Counted from the stretch's first letter, positions 39,213-49,313 are shown. The stretch is DNA of 64,000 nucleotides from Candidatus Latescibacterota bacterium (GCA_965204375.1 OZ241986.1:960001-1024000), one strand, 5' to 3'. Numbers and translations: made by a program. The notes: generated by a model from the sequence alone, not told the origin.

Positions 39213-40103
39213 TCATTGCACCTGCCCCATAGGCCATTCTGAGGTCGGCCTACCTTCCCAAGTTGATCGCCGAAAGAATCGCCCGCTTGGAGGACGGCTA
39301 AACCAGCTACTAATTGCGATTCCCCAAAAGTGCTCAAAGGATCTGTCTTTTAGATTCGCGTCACCGAAGTCGTAGTGCGACAGGACCTCGTCGAGGAATG
39401 ACTCTCCGTAAATCCAGAACCCATAGAAATCCTTAGCGGGATCCGTGATTTCGATGTCCCCCCAGTCTATAATCCCAGTAAGTCTTCCGGTCGAGGGGTC
39501 ATGATAGATGTGTTTGTACCAGAGGTCGTTGTGAGCCAGCACAGGCTTGTATGAATGATTGATGCTTTCACTTTTTTCGATCCATGCTTCGAAAACATCG
39601 CGGACCTCACGTTGAAGCTCATCTGCTCGTTCAGCGAATAACTCCTTCCACATCCTGCGTCGCCTAACCGATGCGTCGCCCTCTTCTACGCCGAGGCTCC
39701 GTGCCTTCGCGACCGGGTAGCTGTGGAGTTCGCTGATGAAAACACCCAGCCTCTGAGCGGCCTCGCTGCGGTTTGCCTTGGAAAGTCTCCAAAACCGCCA
39801 CGGCGAGAGTCGAGTCCCCGGAATTGTGTGGTATCCCGCAAAATCTGACGCCTCCGGCACGAATGCATAGTCGGGAATGGGAATGGCATTCAGCCTGCTT
39901 CTAAGTGCCCCCAGAACGGTTCGCTCCCGCGTCAGATTCGTATCTTCATCGTTCTCGAACCGGAAAGCGATGCCATTGTCCAACAGAATCATTACATGAT
40001 CGGGATCGGCAATGGTCTGAACTCTTCGGTAATTTTCCCACATGAGATATGGAAAGGCGTCTCTAATTCTCTCCAAGTAGTGGCTGGAAACCAATGGGGG
40101 CAT
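39213..40103 (-). CDS. Aminoglycoside-phosphotransferase-family protein
   Basis: LAHNDL, GIIDWGD, DPAKDF; GGAGG RBS; GCCCAAC (RYYYAAC) 17 bp after the stop. Confidence 0.85.
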   Translation of the reverse strand: MPPLVSSHYLERIRDAFPYLMWENYRRVQTIADPDHVMILLDNGIAFRFENDEDTNLTRERTVLGALRSRLNAIPIPDYAFVPEASDFAGYHTIPGTRLSPWRFWRLSKANRSEAAQRLGVFISELHSYPVAKARSLGVEEGDASVRRRRMWKELFAERADELQREVRDVFEAWIEKSESINHSYKPVLAHNDLWYKHIYHDPSTGRLTGIIDWGDIEITDPAKDFYGFWIYGESFLDEVLSHYDFGDANLKDRSFEHFWGIAISSWFSRPPSGRFFRRSTWEGRPTSEWPMGQVQ

Positions 40104-40138
40104 GGGGGCCTCCAAAGAGAATTAACTGCCGCGATTTC

Positions 40139-40182
40139 CGCTAACGTTCTCTCGGGCTGAGAACAGCCGTAGGCAGTTAGGC
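40139..40182 (-). other. Shortened attC-like site
   Basis: Minus strand GCCTAAC...GTTAGCG, 44 bp; internal arms do not pair end to end, consistent with internal deletion. Confidence 0.6.
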
Positions 40183-40201
40183 GGAGGCGCGAATCCGATT
40201 T

Positions 40202-40286
40202 TTACCAGACCCGCGTCCCTTTGTATTCGAAATGAATCCCAAGCATTTCAATTATGTTCTGCAGCCTGATCAGTCATCTTGGTCAT
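40202..40286 (-). pseudogene. Collapsed gene of unknown function
   Basis: AGAGG RBS + ATG (MTKMTDQ) joined out of frame to a protein-like tail RLQNIIEMLGIHFEYKGTRVW*, followed by the attC-like site. Confidence 0.5.
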
Positions 40287-40301
40287 GAATTGCCTCTTTA
40301 G

Positions 40302-40756
40302 GTCTCCACAATGTCTCTACGGTTCTGCTGTGTCCCCACCTTCCTGCATGCTCAGTCACACGCTTGCTGCTCAAAGTTCCTCACGATCATTCCACAAGCT
40401 TTCTCGAAGCCAAGTCTCCCGTAGAATCTCTGGACCTCCTGGTCACAGATCAGGTCAATCATGTAGAGATCTTTGAGCTTTCGAACCATGCGTCTGACCA
40501 GATTAGATCCGATGCCTTTCTCTTGCCATTCCGGCAGCACCTCAAGATGTGGGATATAGGCGCACGAAACACCGTCCGATATGGCGCTGATGAAGCCAAT
40601 CACCTTCCCCTCAGAAGAGACTGCAAGAACCACGTAGTCGCTTCCCTTTAGGATTCTTAGATGCGTCTCGGGGGAGGGAGGGTTAGGCCATCCGACAAAG
40701 AACCCCTTTAGGTTGTTTGATTCGATCCCGTCGGCAGTGTCTTGATATGTAATCTG
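40302..40756. repeat. 455-bp direct repeat, copy 2
   Basis: Matches 35629-36083. Confidence 0.95.
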
Positions 40757-40780
40757 AATCGAAATTTGCTGCGCATCCAT
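40352..40780 (-). CDS. GNAT acetyltransferase, second copy with a different N-terminus
   Basis: Near-identical to 35679-36086, but begins MDAQQISIQITY instead of MQIIY. Confidence 0.88.
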   Translation of the reverse strand: MDAQQISIQITYQDTADGIESNNLKGFFVGWPNPPSPETHLRILKGSDYVVLAVSSEGKVIGFISAISDGVSCAYIPHLEVLPEWQEKGIGSNLVRRMVRKLKDLYMIDLICDQEVQRFYGRLGFEKACGMIVRNFEQQACD

Positions 40781-40920
40781 TATTTTTTAAGACAGTCCTT
40801 TCCTTTTATCCTGATATTATGACTCTCTTCAGCAGAGATCCAAATGGCGCTCCACTTGTATCAGTCAACCCATGTCGTCTTTGAAGTAAAAACCCTTATC
40901 TCGTCCTCCAGACTCTTTAG

Positions 40921-42651
40921 CCTGAAAAATTCATAAAAAAGGTAGTTTCCTTATTCAAGTCATTGTATTATTATAGGTTATCACCATAACCATTGTACAA
41001 TAGACTTGGAGGAAACTACCATGGGGTCACAAGATAAACATCGCAAGGTTCCTTTGGCAAGCATTTTCGGCAAACGTGTCAATATCGCCTTTGATGGGGG
41101 CATTCTCACCAGCGATAGCGGCGCGTTATTGCTTCGAGAAGTAGAGGCAAAATCTGGCATTTTAACACGCATGAGTGCTGCGATCACGGATCGTCGGCAT
41201 AAGAGTTATGTGAGGCACTCCGTCGCAGAGTTGGTCAAGCAACGGGTGTTCCAGATAGCCTGTGGGTATGAAGATGGCAATGATTGTGATGCCTTACGCA
41301 GCGATCCGGGTATCAAGGCCGCCTGTGGTGTCTTGCCGCTTTCAGGTAAAGACTTGGGCAGTCAACCCACGATGAGCCGGTTTGAGAACCAGATCAGGCG
41401 AAGCGACTTGTATCGGATTGCCCGTGCCTTCCTCGATTGTTTTATCGCTTCGTATAAAAAGCCGCCCGAGGCGATCATCTTAGATATTGATGATACACAG
41501 GATACGGTTTATGGGACCCAGCAGTTGTCCCTATTCAATGGCTATTACAATGCCTACACCTATCAGCCCTTGCATATTTATGAGGGACAAACCGGTAAGT
41601 TGATCACTACGATATTGCGTCCCGGTATCCGTCCGACCGGCCAACAGATAGTCGCCATTATCAAGCGTTTGGTGGCCTATCTGCGTCAGGCTTGGCCTGA
41701 TGTGGCGATCATCTTGCGGGGTGATGCCCACTTTTCTTGTCCGCAAGTCCATCACCTTTGTGAGACTGATGACCTGTATTTTATCTTAGGACAGACCAGC
41801 AATGCCAAGCTTTGTGAGGCGGCACAACCCCTTATCGCGCAGGCCAAAAGGCTTTATGCACATACAAAGGAGGCCGTGCGTCTTTTTACCTCGTTTTCCT
41901 ATCAGGCAAAGAGTTGGAACAAGGCACAACGCATCGTATGCAAGGTCGAAATCAGTGACCGAGGCCAAAACACACGCTTTGTCGTGACCAACCTGAAAAG
42001 TTCAATGGCGTCCTTTATCTATCAAAGCGTCTATTGTGCGCGCGGACAGATGGAAAACTTCATTAAAAATCACAAAACCTTTCTCCACTCTGACCGCACA
42101 TCCTGTCACAGCTTTACTGCCAATCAGTTCCGCCTCTTTCTCCATTCTGCCGCCTATGTCTTGATACAGACATTGGCGCAAATAGGATTCAATGGCACAA
42201 GGTGGATAAACGCGCAGGTCAATACCATTCAAAATCGCTTCCTCAAAGTCGCAGGACGCGTCTGTGAGTTGAATACGAGGATCACCTTCCATCTGCCTGT
42301 GTCCTTTCCTTTGCAACACGTCTATGATAAAATCCTGCACAATCTGGCAAAGGCGTTTCCCTAACCCAAAACGCAGGAGGGCAGAGATGGCAAGCAGAAG
42401 GCAGACAACATCACTGGCGCAACAGACACAGACACCGCCTTGTGCTGGGCAAAGACTCGGCAGGCAAGGGCAAGGGGGAACCTGTGGCCTTTTTGACTAC
42501 CACAGGCACGCACAACCAATGACATTGACCTGTCAGACCCGGTAAAAATACAATCGGGAGCGACAAAAACAGAAAATCACGGACAGAGGGCTTACAACAT
42601 CGAAATGATGACATAAATAGCCTATTCATAAACTTTCATGAATTAGTCGGG
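40921..42651 (+). mobile_element. IS1380-family insertion sequence
   Basis: Imperfect terminal IRs CCTGAAAAATTCATAAAA versus CCCGACTAATTCATGAAA (reverse complement); TTAG direct repeats at 40917-40920 and 42652-42655. Confidence 0.9.
41021..42364 (+). CDS. IS1380-family DDE transposase
   Basis: FDGGILTSDSG, GYEDGND, SQPTMSRFEN, ILDIDDT, LRGDAHF, YCARGQMENFIK. Confidence 0.93.
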   Translation: MGSQDKHRKVPLASIFGKRVNIAFDGGILTSDSGALLLREVEAKSGILTRMSAAITDRRHKSYVRHSVAELVKQRVFQIACGYEDGNDCDALRSDPGIKAACGVLPLSGKDLGSQPTMSRFENQIRRSDLYRIARAFLDCFIASYKKPPEAIILDIDDTQDTVYGTQQLSLFNGYYNAYTYQPLHIYEGQTGKLITTILRPGIRPTGQQIVAIIKRLVAYLRQAWPDVAIILRGDAHFSCPQVHHLCETDDLYFILGQTSNAKLCEAAQPLIAQAKRLYAHTKEAVRLFTSFSYQAKSWNKAQRIVCKVEISDRGQNTRFVVTNLKSSMASFIYQSVYCARGQMENFIKNHKTFLHSDRTSCHSFTANQFRLFLHSAAYVLIQTLAQIGFNGTRWINAQVNTIQNRFLKVAGRVCELNTRITFHLPVSFPLQHVYDKILHNLAKAFP

Positions 42652-42654
42652 TTA

Positions 42655-43583
42655 GAAGCTGTTTTAAAATTATGGAGAAATAAAAAAAAGAGTTGAAAAA
42701 GCGTATTCATCAGTCCAAATTTAGGGTATCCAAAAACCTTAAAAAGAAAGGACATGCGATGAATACGCCAAGACAATATCCGACAAATGTCACCCAAGCG
42801 CAATGGCAACTGCTGATCCCCTTGTTGCCCAAACGCAAATGGCAAAAAGGAGGTCCCGGACGTCCACCTGCCAATTTGCGACGCGTGTTTGATGGCATCC
42901 TGTATCTGACGAAGACGGGCTGCCAATGGCGCATGCTGCCTCATACCTTTGGCTGTTGGCAAACCGTGTATGGCTATTTCAACAAATGGCGCGAGCAAGA
43001 CATCTTTCAGCAGGTGCAACAAGCACTCTCACGTAGGGAGCGCAAACGGCAAGGGCGCAAGCCTGACGCATCAGCAGGCTGTATTGACAGCCAAAGTGTT
43101 AAGACAGCAACACAAGCAGACTCAAAGGGTTACGATGCGGGAAAGAAGATCAATGGACGAAAACGCCATCTGCTTGTCGATACCCTCGGACTGGTCATCA
43201 GCACCTATGTCTCACCGGCTAATCTCCAAGATCGTGATGGCCTCAAAAAGGTGCTCAATCAGTATTTTGAAACAGGCGTGACACGCTTACGCAAGCTGTG
43301 GGTTGATGGCGGATATCGCGGCGAAGACCTCAAGGAATGGGTCGCTGATAGAAAACAAACACATAAGATTGATCTTGAGGTCGTTACCCCAAAAGGGGAA
43401 GGCTTTCAAATAGTCAAACGCCGTTGGGTCATTGAACGCACCTTTGCTTGGTTATTCAATTTCCGCCGACTGTCAAAGGATTATGAACGCTTAACGGACA
43501 ACAGTGAAGCCTTTATTCACATCGGTATGATTTATCTCTTAATTAACAGACTTGCTTAAACGCCAGGGTTTTAAAACAGCTTC
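42655..43583 (+). mobile_element. IS5-family insertion sequence (IS1031-like)
   Basis: Perfect 15-bp IRs GAAGCTGTTTTAAAA / TTTTAAAACAGCTTC; TTA direct repeats at 42652-42654 and 43584-43586. Confidence 0.92.
42759..43559 (+). CDS. IS5-family transposase
   Basis: TGCQWRMLP, IDSQSVK, GYDAGKKINGRKRHLLVDTLG, WVDGGY, RWVIERTFAW. Confidence 0.93.
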   Translation: MNTPRQYPTNVTQAQWQLLIPLLPKRKWQKGGPGRPPANLRRVFDGILYLTKTGCQWRMLPHTFGCWQTVYGYFNKWREQDIFQQVQQALSRRERKRQGRKPDASAGCIDSQSVKTATQADSKGYDAGKKINGRKRHLLVDTLGLVISTYVSPANLQDRDGLKKVLNQYFETGVTRLRKLWVDGGYRGEDLKEWVADRKQTHKIDLEVVTPKGEGFQIVKRRWVIERTFAWLFNFRRLSKDYERLTDNSEAFIHIGMIYLLINRLA

Positions 43584-43668
43584 TTAGAGATTCCTCAAGT
43601 TCTTTAATCTCAGGCTCCGACGCATTCATGAGTCGCAGATTCTCCAATCGAAGCTGTGAACAGCCACA

Positions 43669-44487
43669 CTATATTTCGTCAATAACATCCTTGACTTTAC
43701 GTACACCATCTTCGCTTATCTTCCAGGTCAATCCAAGTCGTGAACCGATTTCCCTGCGCTGTTCCTCATGTAGTTCCGCCAGGTTATAGTAAGCCTTCTT
43801 GAGGGAATTCCGTGTTGGCTGAGGGAATAGGGTAGCAAATCGGACGGCCAGGTGCGATGGCATCCGCTGCTCGAACTGCCTGGGCGTGAATTTGTGTTCT
43901 CCCTGCAGATATGCATGCCATTTCTCCACGATGTCGCGTAGATCGGCAAACGACCAAGCTGCGGAATAGTACTCACCACGCTTCGTGTGCAAAACAACAT
44001 ACACAAGCCAGGCCCAGAGACGTTCGTCTTCATGGATCAACAGTTCCTTACTCGGAGTCGGCCTACTCTGGACGCGTCCTTCATCATTCGACGTCTGGCA
44101 CCACTCTTCAAGCCTGTCTGACTTCGACCAGATAAGGTGAAAGGGTGCTCCCTCCCAACCGGGTAGGTCCTCCTCTATATACAGATTGATGTCTGCTTTG
44201 ACGCAGGGCTCGAAAAGATAGATAACGAAATAGTTCTTGATGTGATCCGCATCAAATCGGTGGAACCACGGCTCGGTCGCCCAGTGCCACCTTTCAGACC
44301 AGACAGTATCTCGGTTTTTCTGAGAATCAAGAACGACCCCTAAATCAAGGTCGGATTGCTCGTCCATCTCCCCGGTAGCCTGACTTCCGCTGGCGAAAAT
44401 GCCGATGACTCCGTCTATGTCTCTGAAGTGTCGCAGCAGACTGTCAAAAATGCGTCTGTGCTCAGGGAGATTGGCTGTATCGAGCAT
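43669..44487 (-). CDS. Pol-beta-type nucleotidyltransferase (antibiotic adenylyltransferase-like architecture)
   Basis: GSQATGEMDEQSDLDL followed by a helical C-terminal domain (KRGEYY). Confidence 0.78.
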   Translation of the reverse strand: MLDTANLPEHRRIFDSLLRHFRDIDGVIGIFASGSQATGEMDEQSDLDLGVVLDSQKNRDTVWSERWHWATEPWFHRFDADHIKNYFVIYLFEPCVKADINLYIEEDLPGWEGAPFHLIWSKSDRLEEWCQTSNDEGRVQSRPTPSKELLIHEDERLWAWLVYVVLHTKRGEYYSAAWSFADLRDIVEKWHAYLQGEHKFTPRQFEQRMPSHLAVRFATLFPQPTRNSLKKAYYNLAELHEEQRREIGSRLGLTWKISEDGVRKVKDVIDEI

Positions 44488-44521
44488 TAGAAGAATCCTT
44501 TGCCAGTATTTTGTGGCTGTC

Positions 44522-44620
44522 TGTTAATGTCCTGGGGTTTGCGAACCCCGAACGAAGCGAAAGGTTGTCCGATAGAGCCAAGCGGCGAATGGCGCGTAGC
44601 GCAATACCGTGCTGTTAGAT
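44522..44620 (-). other. Degenerate or chimeric attC-like site
   Basis: ATCTAAC (RYYYAAC) 10 bp after the methyltransferase stop, then GC-rich partial hairpins; ends at a degenerate core ATTAACA. Confidence 0.55.
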
Positions 44621-44630
44621 GAAGTGCGAT

Positions 44631-45446
44631 CTATCGCTTTCTTGATATTACGAATAAGACATTGTCGCTAGCAAAGTCGTTCGCTTCGACTATATCGCCT
44701 TGCGTTGAACTTATGTCGAAGCCATTCGTTGCCAATAGGCTCTCGATCTCGCTTTCGGTGAAATAGTGGTCCCATGTGATGAACTCCTTTGGATCTTGCC
44801 TATCCTCCAGTACTAATGTTCGTATTCCCCAAGCTCTCTGGTCCGGAAAGTGTTTGCTCTCGTCCAACAAGAAGTGCGAAGATCTCGCCCAAAATCCACT
44901 ACCGGAAACGTAGTTCCAGTCTCGTGATTCGTATTTGCTGTCGCTCAAGCGTGGCCCAAATATGTCGAAGAGAAACAATCCGTCCTTTACGAGATGTTCA
45001 TGAACGCGACTCAGAAACGTCATTTGTTCACGCGGCAAGAGAGCACCAAAGTCGCAATAGATGCAGATAGCCGCGTCATACATGCCTTCAATAGGATCAG
45101 AGAGATAGTCTCCGCATTCATAGTGGATCCGAAGACCGCTCTTTCGGGCACTCTTCTTGGCGTACTCAATAGAAACCGGATTAATGTCCATGCCGGTTAC
45201 GCTGAACCCTTTGGCTGCCAGCCTGGTTGCGTATAAGCCTGGACCACACCCCAGATCCAGGATGCGTTTTGCTCCTTTACATTGCTTCGCCACCCAGTCA
45301 ATCGTTTTGCTGATGATATGAGGCTTTCGACTGGCCCCATCTGAATCTGGATCCAGGTGAGCAGAGAGCATCGCTTTAGATACATGCGGATCCGTCCAGA
45401 TATTCGCATTCCCCCGGCGGCTGTATATAAGTGTGCTCGGAAACAT
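44631..45446 (-). CDS. Class I SAM-dependent methyltransferase
   Basis: ILDLGCGPGLY, VTGMD, YDAAICIYCDFG. Confidence 0.88.
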   Translation of the reverse strand: MFPSTLIYSRRGNANIWTDPHVSKAMLSAHLDPDSDGASRKPHIISKTIDWVAKQCKGAKRILDLGCGPGLYATRLAAKGFSVTGMDINPVSIEYAKKSARKSGLRIHYECGDYLSDPIEGMYDAAICIYCDFGALLPREQMTFLSRVHEHLVKDGLFLFDIFGPRLSDSKYESRDWNYVSGSGFWARSSHFLLDESKHFPDQRAWGIRTLVLEDRQDPKEFITWDHYFTESEIESLLATNGFDISSTQGDIVEANDFASDNVLFVISRKR

Positions 45447-45607
45447 GGGTTCCTCTTTGTGCAGGAAGATAAGTTTCATGTGATTAGACAAATAGGATAG
45501 GGGTCAGGTTTTCCGACTGAGCTACTTAAGGGAAAGTTAGCAATTGAAGGTATTGCTTTTGTGCGCGATTTGGCAGGGTGGGATTTGGGCACTGTTTTTG
45601 CGATTCA

Positions 45608-46309
45608 TCAGGGCTTCCGACCAAAGCCGATGAAGACATTGTCCCAGGATTCCCCCAACTCGGAGACTCTGAGTATCCGGGAGTCGTGAAATCCAGCTTC
45701 CACGAAGAGATCTTGAACTTCCGATTCGTCAAAGTAGTGCCAGAAGACAGGATCTTTTTTACCTTCCTTCAAGACCACATCTCCGTCATCCAGCCCCTGC
45801 TGGTTGATGCGCTTATATCTGGAATCGGCTTCTAATAGTCTTAGCGTTCTCGTCCGATCGTGGACAGTGAGGGATGAAAGGCCCCCGGCGACGAGTATGC
45901 GGAACGCTTCCTGGAGCAGGGTCTGGCGAGCTTCTCTTGAAGGAACGTTCGCGAGAATTTGGCTCCAGAAAATGACGATGTCGTAAGTCCTGTCCGGCTC
46001 TGGGATATTGGTACCGTTTGTCAGCTCAAATTCCACATAACTGTGTCTTTGGTTAGCGATACTCCTGGCTGCCGTGATCATATTTTCAGATATGTCAATT
46101 CCTTTGACTCTGTATCCGAGCGTCTCAAGAGCGAACGCCTCGCGTCCTGCTCCGCATCCGACGACCAGGACTTTACCCGAGATAGGGAAGAACTGGTCGA
46201 TAGCAGCCTTTTCATACTTACGAAGGCCCTCAGCAACTCTCTGAGTGTACTTTTCGACAGCATCGGCCGTAGAGTAATTCGCGAGAACTCCATCTGTGAG
46301 TGCGGCCAT
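45608..46309 (-). CDS. Class I SAM-dependent methyltransferase
   Basis: VLVVGCGAGRE, GIDIS, RILVAGG; AAGGAG RBS. Confidence 0.87.
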   Translation of the reverse strand: MAALTDGVLANYSTADAVEKYTQRVAEGLRKYEKAAIDQFFPISGKVLVVGCGAGREAFALETLGYRVKGIDISENMITAARSIANQRHSYVEFELTNGTNIPEPDRTYDIVIFWSQILANVPSREARQTLLQEAFRILVAGGLSSLTVHDRTRTLRLLEADSRYKRINQQGLDDGDVVLKEGKKDPVFWHYFDESEVQDLFVEAGFHDSRILRVSELGESWDNVFIGFGRKP

Positions 46310-46322
46310 GCGTGCTCCTTAA

Positions 46323-47636
46323 TCAGGCATCAAAATAACTGAGTCGATCGCCTTCTGCTTCCCAGAGTTCTTCAAACATTTTTCGGATGTCGGGTAAAGA
46401 TACGACGGATGCAGTAAGTGGGTCCAATGCACAAGCATGGAATGCCGCTTCTTTATCTTTTTCCATTGCAGCTTTGACGGAGAGTTCTTGTACGGAGATG
46501 TTGGTCATGTTTAATGCAGCGCACTGAGGTGGGAGTTCACCAACGTAACAGGGATGAATGCCTTCTCTATCGACCATGCAGGGTACTTCAACACAGCATT
46601 CGTCGGGAAGATTGGTGATAGATCCGTTGTTCATGACGTTGCCGTTGAAGACAAATGGGACACCTGTGATTTTTGCTTCTATGATTGAAGAAGCGTATTC
46701 GTGGGATGCTTGCAGTTTTGGGACTTCGGCTTCGGTATCGTTGTCTGTGATGCCTGTGTCTTTCATCCAGGAACGTTTGCGGCCTTCGGGCAATTCCATA
46801 TAGACGGGATCGCGTTCTGGCAGGTTGTAGATGTCCCGCAATTCCTGAGTGCGCTGGAAGTAGGGGAGGTATTCTGAATTGTGTCGGGTGCTTTCGGTGA
46901 CAAAATAGCCAAATTGCTTCATCATCTCGACCCGCACCAGGTCGTCTTTGAAACTGGGATGGGTGTCAACGGCTTTGAAGATGCGAGGGTACAGGTCTTC
47001 GCCATCTTTGTTGAATTTTAGAATCCAGGCCTGGTGGTTAATCCCTGCAACGAGGTAACTCACATCTTCGTAAGGAACGTCAATGCCATTTGCCAGTTTT
47101 TTTGTCGTGCCCTGTACGCTGTGGCAGAGGCCGACGTTTTGGATGGATGAACCGATAGAATGCATCCAGGTGAGCATGGCCATGGGGTTGGTATAATTTA
47201 ACATGAGTGCATCGGGGCAGTGTTTTTCCATGCTTTTGCAAAATGATAGGTGCTCGTGTGCGGTGCGAAGATAACGGAACACACCTCCCACGCCTACTGT
47301 GTCGGCGACAGTTTGGTTAATGCCGTACTTTTTGGGGATGTTGATTTCAGATGCGTAAGGTTCGCCCCAGTAGGCTGCGCCCCCAATGGATACGGCAGTG
47401 ACGACAAAATCTGCGCCGGGCAATAATTCTTCGCGATCAGTGCTGGCGATGCATTTGCCGGGGAGTCCATGGCCATCAATGGCGCGGTTCACGTAATCGT
47501 GTACCTGAGTCAATCGCTCTTCGTTGATATCACAGAGTGCGATTGTGGAATCGTTTAATAATTCACGAGATAAAATATCGATGGACAGTCGGCTTCCGAA
47601 TCCACTGCCAGCACCAATGATTACAATTTTTGCCAT
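46323..47636 (-). CDS. melA: GH4 NAD-dependent alpha-galactosidase-like glycosidase
   Basis: IIGAGS, DTVGVGG, LNYTNPM, VGLCHSVQGT, AGINHQAW, TESTRHNSEYLPYF, VEVPC. Confidence 0.88.
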   Translation of the reverse strand: MAKIVIIGAGSGFGSRLSIDILSRELLNDSTIALCDINEERLTQVHDYVNRAIDGHGLPGKCIASTDREELLPGADFVVTAVSIGGAAYWGEPYASEINIPKKYGINQTVADTVGVGGVFRYLRTAHEHLSFCKSMEKHCPDALMLNYTNPMAMLTWMHSIGSSIQNVGLCHSVQGTTKKLANGIDVPYEDVSYLVAGINHQAWILKFNKDGEDLYPRIFKAVDTHPSFKDDLVRVEMMKQFGYFVTESTRHNSEYLPYFQRTQELRDIYNLPERDPVYMELPEGRKRSWMKDTGITDNDTEAEVPKLQASHEYASSIIEAKITGVPFVFNGNVMNNGSITNLPDECCVEVPCMVDREGIHPCYVGELPPQCAALNMTNISVQELSVKAAMEKDKEAAFHACALDPLTASVVSLPDIRKMFEELWEAEGDRLSYFDA

Positions 47637-47681
47637 TAAAACCTCCAGTATTAAAAGGTAATGAAATCAGCGAGTGAGGAA

Positions 47682-48542
47682 TCAGGAAAACACCGGTGCC
47701 TGGAACACATCCTCGAATTCACCGCGGTCCTTCGCCCGCTGATACTCCCACTCGTAGGGCGATTCCCTAAGCCTGCTGGGCCCGTTCCTTACATCGTGTC
47801 CGATGTCGCTTTGCCTGGGGTAATGGCTGTAGATCATGAGCCTCCGCGGACGACCGGAAATATTCGGTCTGGAGTTGTGGACCAGCACCGAATGGAAGAG
47901 CATGACGGAGCCGGGCGGCGCCAACAGGTCGATTCCCCCCTCGAAATCGATCAAATCCGGTAGCACTTCCCACCCCCTTTTGTTGGGCGGTCGGTGATGT
48001 TCCAGGTGCTTTTTGTGACTCCCCGGCCAGACGTGAAGCGGTCCGGACGATTCGTCGCATGAATCCATGGTCACGGCCGAAGATATGATCTCTTGCGGGT
48101 AATCCTGCGCCAGATAATACGCCCAATCGTTGTGGACCGGAAACCGGTCTTCGCGATCGACCAATGGGATGCCCTCGATCGCTTCGGGTAGCGGCTCTTT
48201 GTAGTTCAGCTTCTCCTCCATGAGCATCGGCTCGTCACCCATGAGCTGACGCATGGGTCCGATGAGTCGTTCGTCGGCAGACACTTCGGCCAGGAACAGC
48301 GACAGGTCGTTAATGGGTTGGATCTTGCGCACCATCGGCCCGGTAGATGTCTGCAGAATATCGAGTCGCCCGCTTTTTCGCCCGTTGGCCAGGGAAGAGT
48401 TGATGATGAGCTCGAGTATCCGGTCCGCTTCATGTTGCATGCGAGCGACTTCCTCGACGTTGAATGCCTGTGGGAGCACCAGGTAACCGTTCTCGCGGAA
48501 GTGCTCCAGGTCTTCGCCTGTGAGTTCCGTTTTCACCGCCAT
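47682..48542 (-). CDS. Phytanoyl-CoA dioxygenase (PhyH) family protein
   Basis: FRENGYL, HND, GPLHVWPGSH, GSVMLFHSVLVHNS. Confidence 0.88.
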   Translation of the reverse strand: MAVKTELTGEDLEHFRENGYLVLPQAFNVEEVARMQHEADRILELIINSSLANGRKSGRLDILQTSTGPMVRKIQPINDLSLFLAEVSADERLIGPMRQLMGDEPMLMEEKLNYKEPLPEAIEGIPLVDREDRFPVHNDWAYYLAQDYPQEIISSAVTMDSCDESSGPLHVWPGSHKKHLEHHRPPNKRGWEVLPDLIDFEGGIDLLAPPGSVMLFHSVLVHNSRPNISGRPRRLMIYSHYPRQSDIGHDVRNGPSRLRESPYEWEYQRAKDRGEFEDVFQAPVFS

Positions 48543-48579
48543 TCCCTCCTCCTTTGGTTGGTTTTTATTGTTTGCTTAC

Positions 48580-48617
48580 AAAAAATCCCCGCCAGATAGA
48601 TTTACCCGATAGGGATT
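48580..48617 (-). terminator. Rho-independent terminator downstream of hicA
   Basis: Minus strand ATCCCTATCGGGTA-AATC-TATCTGGCGGGGAT-TTTTT, with G:U pairs and one mismatch. Confidence 0.6.
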
Positions 48618-48645
48618 GAGTAATTAAACTGTTTAGAACATTACC

Positions 48646-48861
48646 TTACAGATCATCGGGAGTCAAGCCCGTGCGTTTCGCAATTCGAGATAACATGCGT
48701 GGGCCTATTTCATCTCGATCATGAAATGCAAATACGTAATTTGGCCACCCGGGGCGAGCTAAAATTCGATGAGAAGTGCCTGACTGACGTTTTATAGTCC
48801 ACCCCATTCGCAGAAGAGCCGCCAAAACCTGCCGCGCTTTTGTTGATGGCCATCGATTCAT
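48646..48861 (-). CDS. hicA: HicA toxin
   Basis: ALLRMGW..RQSGTSHRIL..H..EIGPRMLSRI. Confidence 0.88.
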   Translation of the reverse strand: MNRWPSTKARQVLAALLRMGWTIKRQSGTSHRILARPGWPNYVFAFHDRDEIGPRMLSRIAKRTGLTPDDL

Positions 48862-49058
48862 ACTGATCCTGCAAAGACTTCACCTAATTCTGGGATTTCT
48901 TCACCGTGTTCTAGACGATCAGCTATCACTCGCAAGGCCAATGCTTTTACTTTCAAAATGGCTTCTTTTTTATTCTCTCCATAAACCATCACGCCAGGCA
49001 ATTCTGTTACTTCAGCAAGCCATCGGCCGTCTTCTTCTTTTTCCGTTTCTATATTCAT
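48858..49058 (-). CDS. hicB: Short HicB-family antitoxin
   Basis: EEDGRWLAEVTELPGVMVYG..EA; ATGA overlap with hicA. Confidence 0.88.
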   Translation of the reverse strand: MNIETEKEEDGRWLAEVTELPGVMVYGENKKEAILKVKALALRVIADRLEHGEEIPELGEVFAGSV

Positions 49059-49313
49059 GACTATAATCTCCTGGTGCCATAAAGCCTGTGATCGCCTTTA
49101 GCAAATATATCGACCTTTTTAGGGTTAAGCAAGACACTATGCAGCTTCTCTGCTTCTATGGGAGATAACTTCATTGATGACCACCACTCTTAACCAATAA
49201 GAGATCGCTACGATGCATAAATTACATACTCCTGATTCTTTTTGTCAAAGCGAATGTCTAATTGAGTGAGATAATTGTTTCCGACATTTTTTAGCATTTC
49301 GACTATGTGAATC

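Larger units (their letters stand above)
40861..43665 (-). pseudogene. 3' gene fragment split by two IS elements; homolog of 54674-54877
   Basis: Joining 43587-43665 to 40861-40919 gives QLRLENLRLMNASEPEIKELEESLKSLEDEIRVFTSKTTWVD*, which aligns without gaps to the 54674 peptide. Confidence 0.85.

Noticed and set aside
40921-43583. Single composite transposon
   Set aside because: The two IS belong to different families, each has its own IRs and target duplication, and no cargo lies between them.
33524-44620. Active integron or CRISPR array
   Set aside because: No intI tyrosine recombinase or cas gene in the window; the palindromes are neither identical nor regularly spaced.
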